The notes: generated by a model from the sequence alone, not told the origin. DNA of 64,000 nt from Cenarchaeum sp. (GCA_965212015.1 OZ243037.1:1600001-1664000), one strand, 5' to 3'. Shown: positions 36,938 through 47,651, counted from the stretch's first letter. Program-made: numbers and translations.

Positions 36938-37777
36938 TTAGAACCGTGGCATTGCGAGCCTTGATCTTGTAGTGACGGCAATCGTGGATATTATTGCAAC
37001 TGCCAGTATCAGCACTGCGATTGTACCGAATTCTGGAACTATCACGCAATCCTTAATCTCCACCTCTGCGGACTCTTTGTAAAAGCTGGACGTGCCCTGC
37101 TGTACCGTTATGGTATAGAATCCGTCCTGCTTCCACGTGGGGCACCCCACGCCGATGTCGGCGCTAAAGCTCCCGTCCGGGTTTGGTGTCGTCTGGGCCA
37201 CCGTGATCACGTCGCCGTTTGGCGCGCTGACAGTCATGGTGACATCCGTGTGCGTGCGCTCCGTGGTGCCGTCTATCCTGATGTTTGTGGCACCCTCTGG
37301 GGCATCTGCCGTAAATGTCAGCCCTACTGCATCCTCGCCTTCAGAGAGTACTGGTGTCCCAAAGTCAAGCGATGATTCCGAGGCCGAAGTCGTCACAATC
37401 AGACCGTCCTGAATCTCGACCTGGACTGATACCTGATACTGCGACGCGGTGCTCTGCTGTGCGCTGATTACGTACCTTCCGTCCTGCTTCCAGAAACTGC
37501 CGGTCTTTACCTCCTTGGTATAGGTGCCGTCCGGATTCGGGGTAACCTGATAGGCCGAGATGACGCTGTTGTTTGGCGACGTTACTGTGATGACTACGTC
37601 AGTTGACAGCGCCGTCTGCCCGCTTACCGTGAGCAGGGTGGATCCCTTGTCTGCATTTACATTTATGGACATTCCGGAATCCTGGGCAAAAGCATTGGAG
37701 AATGCAGTTCCCGCTATCATCGAAAAAGCCAGTAAAACAAACGAGGCCGTTCTTGCGCCCTTTTTGTCTAAGTTCAT
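36938..37777 (-). CDS. PEFG-CTERM surface protein 3 (two Ig-like repeats)
   Basis: Duplicated VT(S/A)PN..WKQDG domain; CVIVPEFG then TM. Confidence 0.88.
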   Translation of the reverse strand: MNLDKKGARTASFVLLAFSMIAGTAFSNAFAQDSGMSINVNADKGSTLLTVSGQTALSTDVVITVTSPNNSVISAYQVTPNPDGTYTKEVKTGSFWKQDGRYVISAQQSTASQYQVSVQVEIQDGLIVTTSASESSLDFGTPVLSEGEDAVGLTFTADAPEGATNIRIDGTTERTHTDVTMTVSAPNGDVITVAQTTPNPDGSFSADIGVGCPTWKQDGFYTITVQQGTSSFYKESAEVEIKDCVIVPEFGTIAVLILAVAIISTIAVTTRSRLAMPRF

Positions 37778-37839
37778 CTTGATAGGAATCGGATTTATTC
37801 CTATTTATGTATATATAAAAAATGAAAAAAGTGCCTAAT

Positions 37840-38658
37840 CTAGTATTTTGGCATTATACCGAGTCTTGACCTTGCCGAAACGGCGATTATCGAGACTATG
37901 GCGACTGCCAGAACCAGCACTGCGATCGTGCCGAATTCCGGAATTACGCAGGTGCCTATGATCTCAATCTCCTCGGATCCGTCTGTAAAGTTGATCGTCA
38001 GCTTTCGGGATTCCTCGCTTATCAGCTCGTCAAACTCCCTCTCTTGTCCGTCGATCAGGATAAAGAAGTCGCCGTCCTCCCCACTGCATCCGTCGTCGCC
38101 GAGCTTGGCGTCGATGATTGACCTTGGAAAGTCTATGATTAGCGTTCCGTCACTGGTGGTCTCTATTTCTATGATCAGGGCCTTTGACTCCTCGTTGGGC
38201 GTTATGCTGATGAGCTTTCCGCCTACTATAGTATAGCCGATTCCGATTCCATCTAGATCAAAGCTGGTATCGTCGCTTGGCGTATCAACAATGCCGCCTA
38301 TCTCAAACGTGGCAGTGGCGAACTTGGACTCGTTAACATAGATTACCTTTACAGTATATTCTCCGTTACGCTTTAGTGCCCCGCCTGCAGTAAATTCCGA
38401 GCTAAACGTCTTGTTTGCTGAGACGCTGGCCTGATCTATTGCAACAATGCTGCCTAGAGGATCGATTATCTGGACTGCCACGGGCTGGTTGAACAGCTGC
38501 AAAACATGCCCCTCGACTAGGATCTTCTCCCCGTTGGTATATGATGCCTTGTCTGTGGTGACCGTGATCGGCTCTGAGAACTGTCCAAACGCTGGAGAGG
38601 CCCCGATGGCTGCAATCAGGATTGCCGGTATGGCAAGCACCAAAAGACGTCTATTCAT
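37840..38658 (-). CDS. PEFG-CTERM surface protein 4
   Basis: Signal peptide; GTCVIPEFG then TM. Confidence 0.88.
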   Translation of the reverse strand: MNRRLLVLAIPAILIAAIGASPAFGQFSEPITVTTDKASYTNGEKILVEGHVLQLFNQPVAVQIIDPLGSIVAIDQASVSANKTFSSEFTAGGALKRNGEYTVKVIYVNESKFATATFEIGGIVDTPSDDTSFDLDGIGIGYTIVGGKLISITPNEESKALIIEIETTSDGTLIIDFPRSIIDAKLGDDGCSGEDGDFFILIDGQEREFDELISEESRKLTINFTDGSEEIEIIGTCVIPEFGTIAVLVLAVAIVSIIAVSARSRLGIMPKY

Positions 38659-38838
38659 CAAGTTTACGCCTGAATGTATACTATTTAAGGTTATGAAAAA
38701 TAATCTTGACTAAAGGGAAAAAAATTTGGAATTAACGCCGATTTCAGACTAGATATATATTAACCTCTCGGTGCCAAGCTGACAGTTTGTTCACATTATT
38801 TTCAGCTACATCTAGTGTTTTTTTTGGAGATGTAATTT

Positions 38839-39090
38839 ATGGCAGTTAAAAAAATACCGATTCTCGTACCCGATCACATCTATGTTCCAAAGCACGAAAT
38901 CATTTCAAAAAAGGAGGCCCTAGAGATCCTCGCCGAGTTCAACTGCCAGCCAACTGAGCTGCCGCTGATATTCTCAAGTGATCCGGCCATTGTGGGACTT
39001 GGCGTAAAACCCGGCGACATGATAAAGATTACCCGGAAAAGCAGGACCTCCGGCAAGGGCATCTATTACCGATACGTGGTGGAGACCTGA
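38839..39090 (+). CDS. rpo5: RNA polymerase subunit Rpo5 (RpoH)
   Basis: HIYVPKHEI, LPLI..SDP, YYRYVV. Confidence 0.96.
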   Translation: MAVKKIPILVPDHIYVPKHEIISKKEALEILAEFNCQPTELPLIFSSDPAIVGLGVKPGDMIKITRKSRTSGKGIYYRYVVET

Positions 39091-42000
39091 TGGCAGATCC
39101 CGCAAACAAGCGATGGCCCATCATACAGGACATCCTAAAAAGGGAGGGAATCGCAAGGCAGCACCTCAACTCGTTTGACGAGTTTCTAGAGCGCGGCCTG
39201 CAGAGCATAATCGACGAGGTCGGACAGATTGAAATCGAGAACGCCGAATATCCGTACAAGATCCAGCTCGGCAAGGTAAAGCTCCAGCAGCCGCGCATGA
39301 TGGAGCTTGACGGCTCGATCACGCACATCACCCCGGCGGAGGGAAGGCTGCGCAACGTCTCGTATTCTGCCCCGGTAATGATGGAGGCAAGCGTGGTGGA
39401 GGACGGAAAAACGCTAGAGTCAAAGTCGGTGCACATTGGGGACATTCCGACAATGATCAAATCCAACGCGTGCATACTGCACAGCTTTTCGACTCAAAAA
39501 CTAATAGAGCACGGCGAGGATCCAAACGATCCCGGGGGATACTTTATCATCAACGGCTCTGAGAGGGTCATAGTCGGCCTGGAGGATCTGTCGTACAACA
39601 AAATAATCGTCGACAGGGAGACAGTCGGAGGCAACGTCGTCTTTAAGGCAAAGGTCTACTCGTCCATAGTCGGCTATCGCGCAAAGCTGGAGCTTGTCAT
39701 GAAAAACGACGGCCTCATCGTGGCAAGGATTCCGGGCTCTCCTGTGGACATTCCGGCAGTCACCCTGATGAGGGCGCTGGGGCTTGAATCCGACAAGGAC
39801 ATTGCGCTGTCCGTCTCGCTCAACGACGGCATTCAAAACGAGCTGGAGGGCTCCTTTGAAAAGGCAGGCGATGTCCCGACGTCCAAGGACGCCATCGTGT
39901 ACATCAGCAAAAGAATCGCCCCCGGCATGCTCGAGGAGTTTCAGATCAAGCGCGCAGAGACCCTGCTGGACTGGGGACTGCTGCCGCACCTGGGAAAGCA
40001 TCCAGAAAACAGGAAGGAAAAGGCACAGTTTCTGGGCGAGGCCGCATGCAAGCTTTTGGAGCTGAAACTAAAGTGGATATATCCGGACGACAAGGATCAC
40101 TATGGCAACAAGGTGATAAAGTTCGCAGGCCAGATGCTAGCCGACCTGTTTAGGACCGCCTTTAGAAATCTGGTTCGGGACATGAAATACCAGCTGGAGC
40201 GATCAGGCCAAAAGCGCGGAATCAACGCCGTCGCCGCCGCAATAAGGCCGGGAATCGTGACTGACAAGCTCAACAATGCCATTGCCACGGGAAACTGGGG
40301 CCGCGGGCGCGTCGGCGTGACGCAGCTTCTTGACAGGACGAACTATCTTTCTACTATCAGCCATCTGAGGAGAATCCAGTCCCCCCTTAGCAGGACGCAG
40401 CCGAACTTTGAGGCAAGGGACCTGCACGCGACGCATTTTGGAAGGATATGCCCGAGTGAGACGCCGGAGGGCTCAAACTGTGGCTTGGTCAAGAACCTTG
40501 CGCTTTCTGCCATCATATCTGTCAACGTGGTCTCCCAGGAGATTGTGGAAAAGCTCTATGAACTGGGCACCGTCTATTTTTCTGAGGCAAAGGAGGATCT
40601 AAAGGCCGTGGGCACCAGGATCTTTGTGGACGGCAAGCTTGTGGGATACTATAAGGACGGCGAGAATCTGGCACAGGTGCTAAGGGATCTGAGGCGGACC
40701 TCAAAGATCCATCCGCACGTGGGGATTTCGTTTCACAAGCCCGAAGTCGAGGGTGCCACAAAGAGGCTGTACGTGAACTGTAATGCAGGACGGGTCCTCC
40801 GGCCGCTCATAATCATAAAAGACGGCAGGCCGCTTTTGACAAACGAGCTGCTCGACAAGATATCCAAAAAGCTCCTGGCGTGGACTGATCTACTGCGAAT
40901 GGGAATAATAGAGCTGGTGGATGCAAACGAGGAGGAGAACTGTTACAATACCCTGGACGAAAAGGACACCAAAAAACACACGCACCTTGAAATATTCCCG
41001 TCTGCAATACTCGGCGCCGGCGCCTCGATAATCCCGTATCCGGAGCACAACCAGTCGCCAAGAAACACGTACGAGTCTGCGATGGCAAAGCAGAGCCTTG
41101 GATTCTCCACCCCAATGATGAACACCAGCACCTATGTCCGGCAGCATCTCATGCTGTATCCGCAGACGCCGATTGTCAACACAAAGGCCATGAACCTTCT
41201 TGGCCTGGAGGACAGGCCGGCCGGACAGAACTGTATAGTGGCAGTACTGCCCTTTGACGGATACAACATTGAGGACGCAATAGTGCTGAGCAAGGCCTCC
41301 GTCGATCGCGGACTGGCGCGGACGTTCTTTTACCGGATTTATGACGCAGAGGCAAAGCAGTATCCGGGCGGCATGCGCGACAGCTTTGAGATTCCAAACG
41401 CCGAGGATAACATCCGGGGATACAAGGGCGAAAAGTCGTACAGGCTTCTTGAGGACGACGGCGTGGTGGCAGCAGAGTCGTCCGTTCTTGGCGGCGACAT
41501 TTTGATCGGAAAGACCAGCCCGCCGAGGTTCATGGAGGAGTACAAGGAGTTTGAATCAGCGGGCCCGTACAGGCGCGACACGTCAATCGGCGTCAGACCG
41601 TCTGAGACGGGCGTGGTGGATACCGTGGTCATGACAAAGTCCAGCGAGGGCGGCAAGATGTACAAAATCCGGGTGAGGGATGTGAGAATCCCGGAGATCG
41701 GCGACAAGTTTGCCGCAAGGCACGGGCAAAAAGGCGTGCTTGGAATCCTGGCCAAATGCGAGGATCTGCCGTACACGGCAGAGGGCATATCGCCTGACGT
41801 ACTGATAAACCCGCACGCATTTCCGTCCAGGATGACGGTGGGGATGTTCATGGAGTCAATCACCGGCAAGGCCGCCGCGCTTCGCGCAAGCAAGTTTGAC
41901 GGCTCGGCGTTTGTCGGCGAAAAGATGGACGAGGTAAGGGAGGTAATGGACGCATCTGGCTTCAAGTATTCGGGCAAGGAGGTAATGTATGACGGCCGGA

Positions 42001-42437
42001 CCGGAAAAGAGTTCCCCGTCGAGGTGTTCATCGGGGTGGTATACTATCAGAAACTCCACCACATGGTGTCTGACAAGATTCATGCAAGGGCCAGGGGCCA
42101 GGTCCAGATGCTCACAAAGCAGCCCACCGAGGGAAGGGCCAGGGGAGGCGGACTGAGGTTCGGCGAAATGGAGCGGGACTGCCTTATTGCGTACGGTGCC
42201 TCGATGATACTCAAGGATCGCCTTTTAGACGAGTCTGACAAGTCTGAAATTTACGTGTGCGAACGGTGCGGCCTTGTTGCGTACCACGACGTCAAGCAGA
42301 GAAAGTACGTCTGCAGGGTGTGCGGCGACAAGGCAAAGGTGTCGTCAGTCTCTGTGGCCTATGCGTTCAAGCTGCTGCTACAAGAGATGCAGAGCCTCAA
42401 TGTCGCGCCGCGGCTCTTGATTAAGGAGAAGGTATAA
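39090..42437 (+). CDS. rpoB: RNA polymerase subunit B (unsplit)
   Basis: GDKFAARHGQKG, GGLRFGEMERD, C-terminal zinc ribbon. Confidence 0.98.
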   Translation: MADPANKRWPIIQDILKREGIARQHLNSFDEFLERGLQSIIDEVGQIEIENAEYPYKIQLGKVKLQQPRMMELDGSITHITPAEGRLRNVSYSAPVMMEASVVEDGKTLESKSVHIGDIPTMIKSNACILHSFSTQKLIEHGEDPNDPGGYFIINGSERVIVGLEDLSYNKIIVDRETVGGNVVFKAKVYSSIVGYRAKLELVMKNDGLIVARIPGSPVDIPAVTLMRALGLESDKDIALSVSLNDGIQNELEGSFEKAGDVPTSKDAIVYISKRIAPGMLEEFQIKRAETLLDWGLLPHLGKHPENRKEKAQFLGEAACKLLELKLKWIYPDDKDHYGNKVIKFAGQMLADLFRTAFRNLVRDMKYQLERSGQKRGINAVAAAIRPGIVTDKLNNAIATGNWGRGRVGVTQLLDRTNYLSTISHLRRIQSPLSRTQPNFEARDLHATHFGRICPSETPEGSNCGLVKNLALSAIISVNVVSQEIVEKLYELGTVYFSEAKEDLKAVGTRIFVDGKLVGYYKDGENLAQVLRDLRRTSKIHPHVGISFHKPEVEGATKRLYVNCNAGRVLRPLIIIKDGRPLLTNELLDKISKKLLAWTDLLRMGIIELVDANEEENCYNTLDEKDTKKHTHLEIFPSAILGAGASIIPYPEHNQSPRNTYESAMAKQSLGFSTPMMNTSTYVRQHLMLYPQTPIVNTKAMNLLGLEDRPAGQNCIVAVLPFDGYNIEDAIVLSKASVDRGLARTFFYRIYDAEAKQYPGGMRDSFEIPNAEDNIRGYKGEKSYRLLEDDGVVAAESSVLGGDILIGKTSPPRFMEEYKEFESAGPYRRDTSIGVRPSETGVVDTVVMTKSSEGGKMYKIRVRDVRIPEIGDKFAARHGQKGVLGILAKCEDLPYTAEGISPDVLINPHAFPSRMTVGMFMESITGKAAALRASKFDGSAFVGEKMDEVREVMDASGFKYSGKEVMYDGRTGKEFPVEVFIGVVYYQKLHHMVSDKIHARARGQVQMLTKQPTEGRARGGGLRFGEMERDCLIAYGASMILKDRLLDESDKSEIYVCERCGLVAYHDVKQRKYVCRVCGDKAKVSSVSVAYAFKLLLQEMQSLNVAPRLLIKEKV

Positions 42438-45400
42438 TGTCGATTCAGACCATAAAATCAATTGACGCCATAAGGTTTTCCGTGTGGTCGCCGACTGAGA
42501 TTAGAAAGTATTCAGTCGCCGAAATCACCGCGCCAGAAACGTACGACGAGGACGGCATGCCAGTACAGGGGGGCCTGATGGACGGGAGGCTCGGGACACT
42601 CGAGCCGGGACAAAAGTGCCTCACGTGCGGAAACACGGCGGCCAGGTGTCCGGGGCATTTCGGACACATCGAGCTGGCAGAGCCGATACTGCACATTGCG
42701 TTTATCGACAACATACACAAGCTGCTGCTGGGAACGTGCCGCTCCTGCTCGAGGCTCAAGGTGCCGCAGGACGACCTCGAAGAGTTTACCAAGATCCGCA
42801 AGAGGGAGGCCGCATACACGATCGTCTCGCAAAAACGCATCCCCGAGCAGATACTGGAAAAGGCCAAAAAGGCAAAAGAGTGCCCTCACTGCGGCAAGAC
42901 GCAGCACGAGCTCATATTTACAAAGCCCACCATATTCATCGAAAAGACCAAAATCGGCGAGCATCGGCTCTTGCCAATCACGATAAGGGAGCGCTTTTCC
43001 CAGATTCTAGACGACGATCTGGTGCTGCTCGGATACGATCCTGCCACTGCCCGGCCGGAATGGTTCATCCTGCAGGCGCTGCCGGTTCCCCCGGTCACGG
43101 TGCGCCCCTCCATAATACTGGAGACGGGAATACGCTCAGAAGACGATCTGACGCACAAGATGGTAGACATTATACGCGTAAATCAGAGGCTCAAGGAGAG
43201 CAAGGAGGCAGGAACGCCGCCGCTTATCGTGCAGGATCTAGTCGATCTATTACAATATCATACCACCACCTATTTTGACAACGAGGTATCCGGAATCCCG
43301 CAGGCCCACCACCGTTCTGGCAGGCCGCTAAAGACCCTGACGCAGAGGCTAAAGGGCAAGGAGGGAAGGTTTAGGGGCTCGCTTTCAGGCAAGCGTGTGG
43401 ACTTTTCTAGCAGGACCGTGATATCGCCTGATCCGAACCTTGATCTCTCCGAGGTCGGGGTTCCCGAGACAGTCGCAATGAAGCTTACCATCCCGGAGAT
43501 AGTGACAGAATGGAACATTGAGAGGATGAAAAAACTGGTGGTAAACGGCCCTGACAACTATCCGGGGGTCAACTATATCGTAAGGCCCGACGGCGTAAAG
43601 ATAAGGCTGGACTTTGTCGAGGACAGATCGACTATCGCCGAGACGCTTGAAATCGGGTACCTCATTGAAAGGCACCTCCTAAACGGGGACATTGTCCTAT
43701 TCAACAGGCAGCCGTCGCTGCACCAAATGTCGATTATGGCGCACTATGTCCACGTGCTGCCCGGCAAGACCTTCAGGCTGCACCCGTCTGTGTGCCCCCC
43801 GTACAATGCCGACTTTGACGGCGACGAGATGAACCTGCACGTGCCGCAAAGCGAGGAGGCACGCGCAGAGGCGATCCTGCTCATGCGGGTCCAAGACCAG
43901 CTCATCTCGCCGAGGTACGGCGGCCCCATAATAGGGGGGCTCAGGGATTTCATCACCGGCTCGTACCTGCTTACAAAGGACGACACCACGCTTAGCAGGG
44001 AAGAGTTTGCAAACCTTGCGATGCTTGGCGGATACAACGGCGAGCTGCCAAAGCCTGCGGCAAAGGGCAAGGACACGTTCACCGGCAAGCAGCTCTTTTC
44101 GCTTTTCCTGCCCAAGGACTTTAACTATGTCATCACCTCAAAGTGGTCCAAGGGAATAGACGGAAGCACAAAGGACGTCGTAATCAAAAACGGCGAGCTG
44201 ATAAGCGGCGTGATTGACAAGTCCTCGATAGGCGCAGAGGAGCCCGAAAGCGTCCTGCACAGGATTGCCAAGGACTATGGCAATGCGCCTGCAAAAAAAT
44301 TCCTCAACTCGGTCCTGATCATTGCAAAACAGTTCATCACGCACTATGGGTTCAGCTACGGGTACGCGGATCTGGAGCTTCCAGAGGGGGCCCGGACGGG
44401 AATACTAGACGACATACAGAAAAGCTACGACACGGTGTTTGACCTCATATCGCAGGCAAAAAAGGGGACGCTAAAGCTCACCCGCGGCCTGGCAGCCGAC
44501 GAGGCGCTAGAGGCGTACATTGTAAATGAGCTCTCAAAGGCAAGGGACAAGGCCGGCAGCACGGCAGACCACTCTTTTGATCACACAAACGCTGGAAAAA
44601 TCATGGCCTCCACCGGGGCGCGGGGATCATCGCTTAACATAGGCCAGATGGCAGGCTCACTCGGCCAGCAGTCAAGGAGGGGGCAGCGGCTCCTAAAGGG
44701 CTACAACAACCGGGCACTGCCGCACTTTAAGGAGCACGACAACAATCCTGATGCGCACGGATTTGTAAAGTCCAACTATCGTGACGGCCTGTCGGCGCTA
44801 GAGTTTTTCTTTCACGCAATGGCCGGACGCGAGGGGCTAGTCGACACCGCAGTCAGGACGCAGCAGAGCGGGTACATGCAGCGCAGGCTGATAAACGCCC
44901 TTGAGCACATCAGGCTGGAATACGACAATACGGTTCGGGATCCCCACGGACACATTATACAGTTCCTTTATGGCGAGGACGGCATAGACGTGGCAAAAAG
45001 CGATCACGGGGAGGCCTTTAACGTGCACCGCCTCATCGAGTCGCAGACCATTGTCGATTCTGGCAAAAGGGCCACAAAGGAGGAAATTGCAGAGATTGCC
45101 AAAAAGTACACAAAGACGTTCAATCTCAGGCTGCGCGAGATGGTCGCCGACGCGCTAGCAGAGTGCAAGCTAAGCAAGGAGGGCGCCGAAAAGGTCGGAA
45201 GAAAGGGCCTCGATCTCTACAACAATGCCAAAGTCGAGCCCGGACAGGCAGTAGGAATAGTCACTGCGCAGTCAATCGGCGAGCCTGGCACCCAGATGAC
45301 ACTCAGGACGTTTCACTTTGCCGGAATCCGGGAGAGAAACGTCACGCTCGGACTTCCGAGGCTAATTGAGCTCGTCGATGCACGCAAGAAACCCACCACC

Positions 45401-46222
45401 CCCACCATGGACATATATCTTGACATGGACTCAAAGAGCTCGCGCGAGGAGGCGATCGCAGTCGCAAGAAACATACTGCAAACAAAGGTAAGCGCGCTGG
45501 TGGCGGACGCCGAGACGGACTATTCTACGGAGATAAGGCTCAACCTCAACCCGGACAGGCTGCGGGACAGGGGGTGCAGTGCAGAAGACGTGGAGGCGGT
45601 GCTCTCATCTAACAAGAAATTCAAGATCGAGTCGCACGGAAACCTGCTTGTACTCAGGCTGGTTGACGAGTCCGACGCGCCGAGCGTCATTACGATACGG
45701 AACAAGATCCTCAACACGACAGTCAAGGGCGTGCCGGACATCGAGCGGGTCACGCTGGTGCAAAAAGACGACGAGTGGGTGATACAGACTACCGGCTCGA
45801 ACCTGCCCAAGGTGCTTGCCGTAAAGGGAATAGACAGGAAAAACGTCCGGACAAACAACGTCTTTGAGATCGCAGGCACTCTGGGAATCGAGGCGGCAAG
45901 AAACTCCCTGATAAACGAGCTGAGATCCACGCTTGAGGACCAGGGCCTGGAGGTGGACGTGAGGTATATTATGCTGGTGGCAGACCTAATGTGCTCCCGG
46001 GGATACATGCAGCAGATAGGCCGCCACGGGATTGCCGGCACCAAGGACAGCGTGCTTGCGCGCGCCGCCTTTGAGATTACCGTTCCCACGATTGCGCGCG
46101 CCGCACTAGGCGGCGAGATTGAGCGGCTAAAGGGGGTCACAGAAAACGTCATTGTGGGAAGCAACATACCTATTGGCAGCGGCACAGTGGACCTGTACAT
46201 GCAGGTCGCCAAAAAGATCTAG
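42437..46222 (+). CDS. rpoA: RNA polymerase subunit A (fused A'/A'')
   Basis: NADFDGD catalytic motif and the A''-type GEPGTQMTLRTFH motif in a single ORF. Confidence 0.98.
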   Translation: MSIQTIKSIDAIRFSVWSPTEIRKYSVAEITAPETYDEDGMPVQGGLMDGRLGTLEPGQKCLTCGNTAARCPGHFGHIELAEPILHIAFIDNIHKLLLGTCRSCSRLKVPQDDLEEFTKIRKREAAYTIVSQKRIPEQILEKAKKAKECPHCGKTQHELIFTKPTIFIEKTKIGEHRLLPITIRERFSQILDDDLVLLGYDPATARPEWFILQALPVPPVTVRPSIILETGIRSEDDLTHKMVDIIRVNQRLKESKEAGTPPLIVQDLVDLLQYHTTTYFDNEVSGIPQAHHRSGRPLKTLTQRLKGKEGRFRGSLSGKRVDFSSRTVISPDPNLDLSEVGVPETVAMKLTIPEIVTEWNIERMKKLVVNGPDNYPGVNYIVRPDGVKIRLDFVEDRSTIAETLEIGYLIERHLLNGDIVLFNRQPSLHQMSIMAHYVHVLPGKTFRLHPSVCPPYNADFDGDEMNLHVPQSEEARAEAILLMRVQDQLISPRYGGPIIGGLRDFITGSYLLTKDDTTLSREEFANLAMLGGYNGELPKPAAKGKDTFTGKQLFSLFLPKDFNYVITSKWSKGIDGSTKDVVIKNGELISGVIDKSSIGAEEPESVLHRIAKDYGNAPAKKFLNSVLIIAKQFITHYGFSYGYADLELPEGARTGILDDIQKSYDTVFDLISQAKKGTLKLTRGLAADEALEAYIVNELSKARDKAGSTADHSFDHTNAGKIMASTGARGSSLNIGQMAGSLGQQSRRGQRLLKGYNNRALPHFKEHDNNPDAHGFVKSNYRDGLSALEFFFHAMAGREGLVDTAVRTQQSGYMQRRLINALEHIRLEYDNTVRDPHGHIIQFLYGEDGIDVAKSDHGEAFNVHRLIESQTIVDSGKRATKEEIAEIAKKYTKTFNLRLREMVADALAECKLSKEGAEKVGRKGLDLYNNAKVEPGQAVGIVTAQSIGEPGTQMTLRTFHFAGIRERNVTLGLPRLIELVDARKKPTTPTMDIYLDMDSKSSREEAIAVARNILQTKVSALVADAETDYSTEIRLNLNPDRLRDRGCSAEDVEAVLSSNKKFKIESHGNLLVLRLVDESDAPSVITIRNKILNTTVKGVPDIERVTLVQKDDEWVIQTTGSNLPKVLAVKGIDRKNVRTNNVFEIAGTLGIEAARNSLINELRSTLEDQGLEVDVRYIMLVADLMCSRGYMQQIGRHGIAGTKDSVLARAAFEITVPTIARAALGGEIERLKGVTENVIVGSNIPIGSGTVDLYMQVAKKI

Positions 46223-46249
46223 CCGCAGCGGCCGCGCATTGCCGGTGCT

Positions 46250-46317
46250 CATTGTAATCGGTTAGGTCTGGTGCCTGTTGATCCAAAGATCCCTCTTGAA
46301 CCTAACCTATTACGATG
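46250..46317. other. Long intergenic hairpin between rpoA and rpl30e (candidate structured RNA)
   Basis: Arms CATTGTAATCGGTTAGGT and ACCTAACCTATTACGATG (16/18 WC pairs plus 1 wobble) with inner GATC-CAAA-GATC. Confidence 0.55.
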
Positions 46318-46366
46318 CTCATTGCAATAAACGTATAAATCCCCGATGGCAGGATGACAGGTACGC

Positions 46367-46669
46367 ATGAGCAAACTACTAGAAAAGACGCTAAAAGACG
46401 CGCTAAAGGAGGACAGCTGCACACTGGGCACAAAGCAGACCCTCGGATCCCTCGGGGATTCAAAACTGATCATAGTCTCGCAGTCCGTACTGCAAAAGCA
46501 CTCGCAAAAAATCCAGGATGCCAAAATACCCACGATTCAATTCAGGGGATCATCTGTGGCCCTGGGACGGCTCTGCGGGCTGCAATTCCGGGTCGGCGCA
46601 CTGTCGCTTAGCTCCATAACTGACGCCAATATCAAATCCATCATAAACGAGAATGAAAGCCAAAAATGA
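46367..46669 (+). CDS. rpl30e: 50S ribosomal protein L30e
   Basis: LGTKQTL, SVALGRLCG; position between rpoA and nusA. Confidence 0.88.
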   Translation: MSKLLEKTLKDALKEDSCTLGTKQTLGSLGDSKLIIVSQSVLQKHSQKIQDAKIPTIQFRGSSVALGRLCGLQFRVGALSLSSITDANIKSIINENESQK

Positions 46670-46746
46670 GTGAAATAGCACGGTGTAGCATGTTTTGTGA
46701 AAGTTTAAATGACGTTGATCGGGTTTTGAGGTAAAAAGGATCTTCT

Positions 46747-47211
46747 ATGGCTCATGCAATCAAACTATCAACTGATCAAATGCGGTTAATGTCGCTGTTC
46801 CAGAACGTCACGCACGCTACTGCAAAGGACTGCATAGAGGACGAAAAGCAAGACCGCGTCATCTTTGTAGTCGATAACGGCAGCATGGGCCTTGCAATCG
46901 GCAAGGGGGGCTCCAACATCAAGTCGATGCAAAGCATAATCAAGAAAAACGTAGAGCTGGTCGAATACGACGATGATCCGGCCAAATTCCTCAAAAATGT
47001 GCTAAATTCCAAGCTTATTACGGAAGTAAAATTAAATAAAAGAGACGACGGGTCGTTACAGGCGATAGTTGTGGTTGATCAGGGAAAGAAGGGAATCGTA
47101 GTCGGAAGGGAGGGGCGCAATGCAGAAAAGGCGCGTCTCTTGGCCAGAAGGTATTTTGGCATTACAAGCGTCCTTATCAACAACCCAGAGCGCACAATGA
47201 TGGAGTGGTAG
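46747..47211 (+). CDS. nusA: Archaeal NusA-like KH protein
   Basis: GLAIGKGG and VGREGRN KH motifs. Confidence 0.93.
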   Translation: MAHAIKLSTDQMRLMSLFQNVTHATAKDCIEDEKQDRVIFVVDNGSMGLAIGKGGSNIKSMQSIIKKNVELVEYDDDPAKFLKNVLNSKLITEVKLNKRDDGSLQAIVVVDQGKKGIVVGREGRNAEKARLLARRYFGITSVLINNPERTMMEW

Positions 47212-47213
47212 GA

Positions 47214-47651
47214 ATGGCAAAATCACCCCTCGGATTATTTGCAGGACGCGTTCTCAAGGCGAAAAAGAAAAAGCAGCGCTGGTCGATATCGACCTACAAG
47301 CGCAGGGAGCTCGGACTGGACAGGAAATCAAACCCGTTTGGAGGCGCCCCGCAGGCAAGGGGGATTGTCCTCGAAAAGGTGGGCGTTGAGGCAAAGCAGC
47401 CAAACTCTGCGGTGCGAAAGTGCGTCAGGGTCCAGCTAATCAAGAACGGCAAGTCCGTCACTGCGTTTCTTCCGCGTGACGGGGCGATGAACTTTATCGA
47501 CGAGCACGACGAGGTGCACCTGGAGGGCATGGGTGCAACGCAGGGCGGCGCGATGGGGGACATTCCGGGTGTGAGATTCAAGGTATTCAAGGTAAACGGC
47601 ACGTCGTTGCACGAGCTGGTGATAGGTAAAAAGGAAAAGCCGAGGAGATAA
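47214..47651 (+). CDS. rps12: 30S ribosomal protein S12
   Basis: [26 protein letters not shown]. Confidence 0.97.
   Translation: MAKSPLGLFAGRVLKAKKKKQRWSISTYKRRELGLDRKSNPFGGAPQARGIVLEKVGVEAKQPNSAVRKCVRVQLIKNGKSVTAFLPRDGAMNFIDEHDEVHLEGMGATQGGAMGDIPGVRFKVFKVNGTSLHELVIGKKEKPRR

Noticed and set aside
36876-37049. N-terminal extension of the 342-aa ORF overlapping the upstream PEFG gene
   Set aside because: Runs through the terminator/promoter spacer; the signal peptide begins at 36875
42437-46222. Fused RpoA'/A'' as a novelty
   Set aside because: Established trait of Thaumarchaeota; no intein or insertion evident
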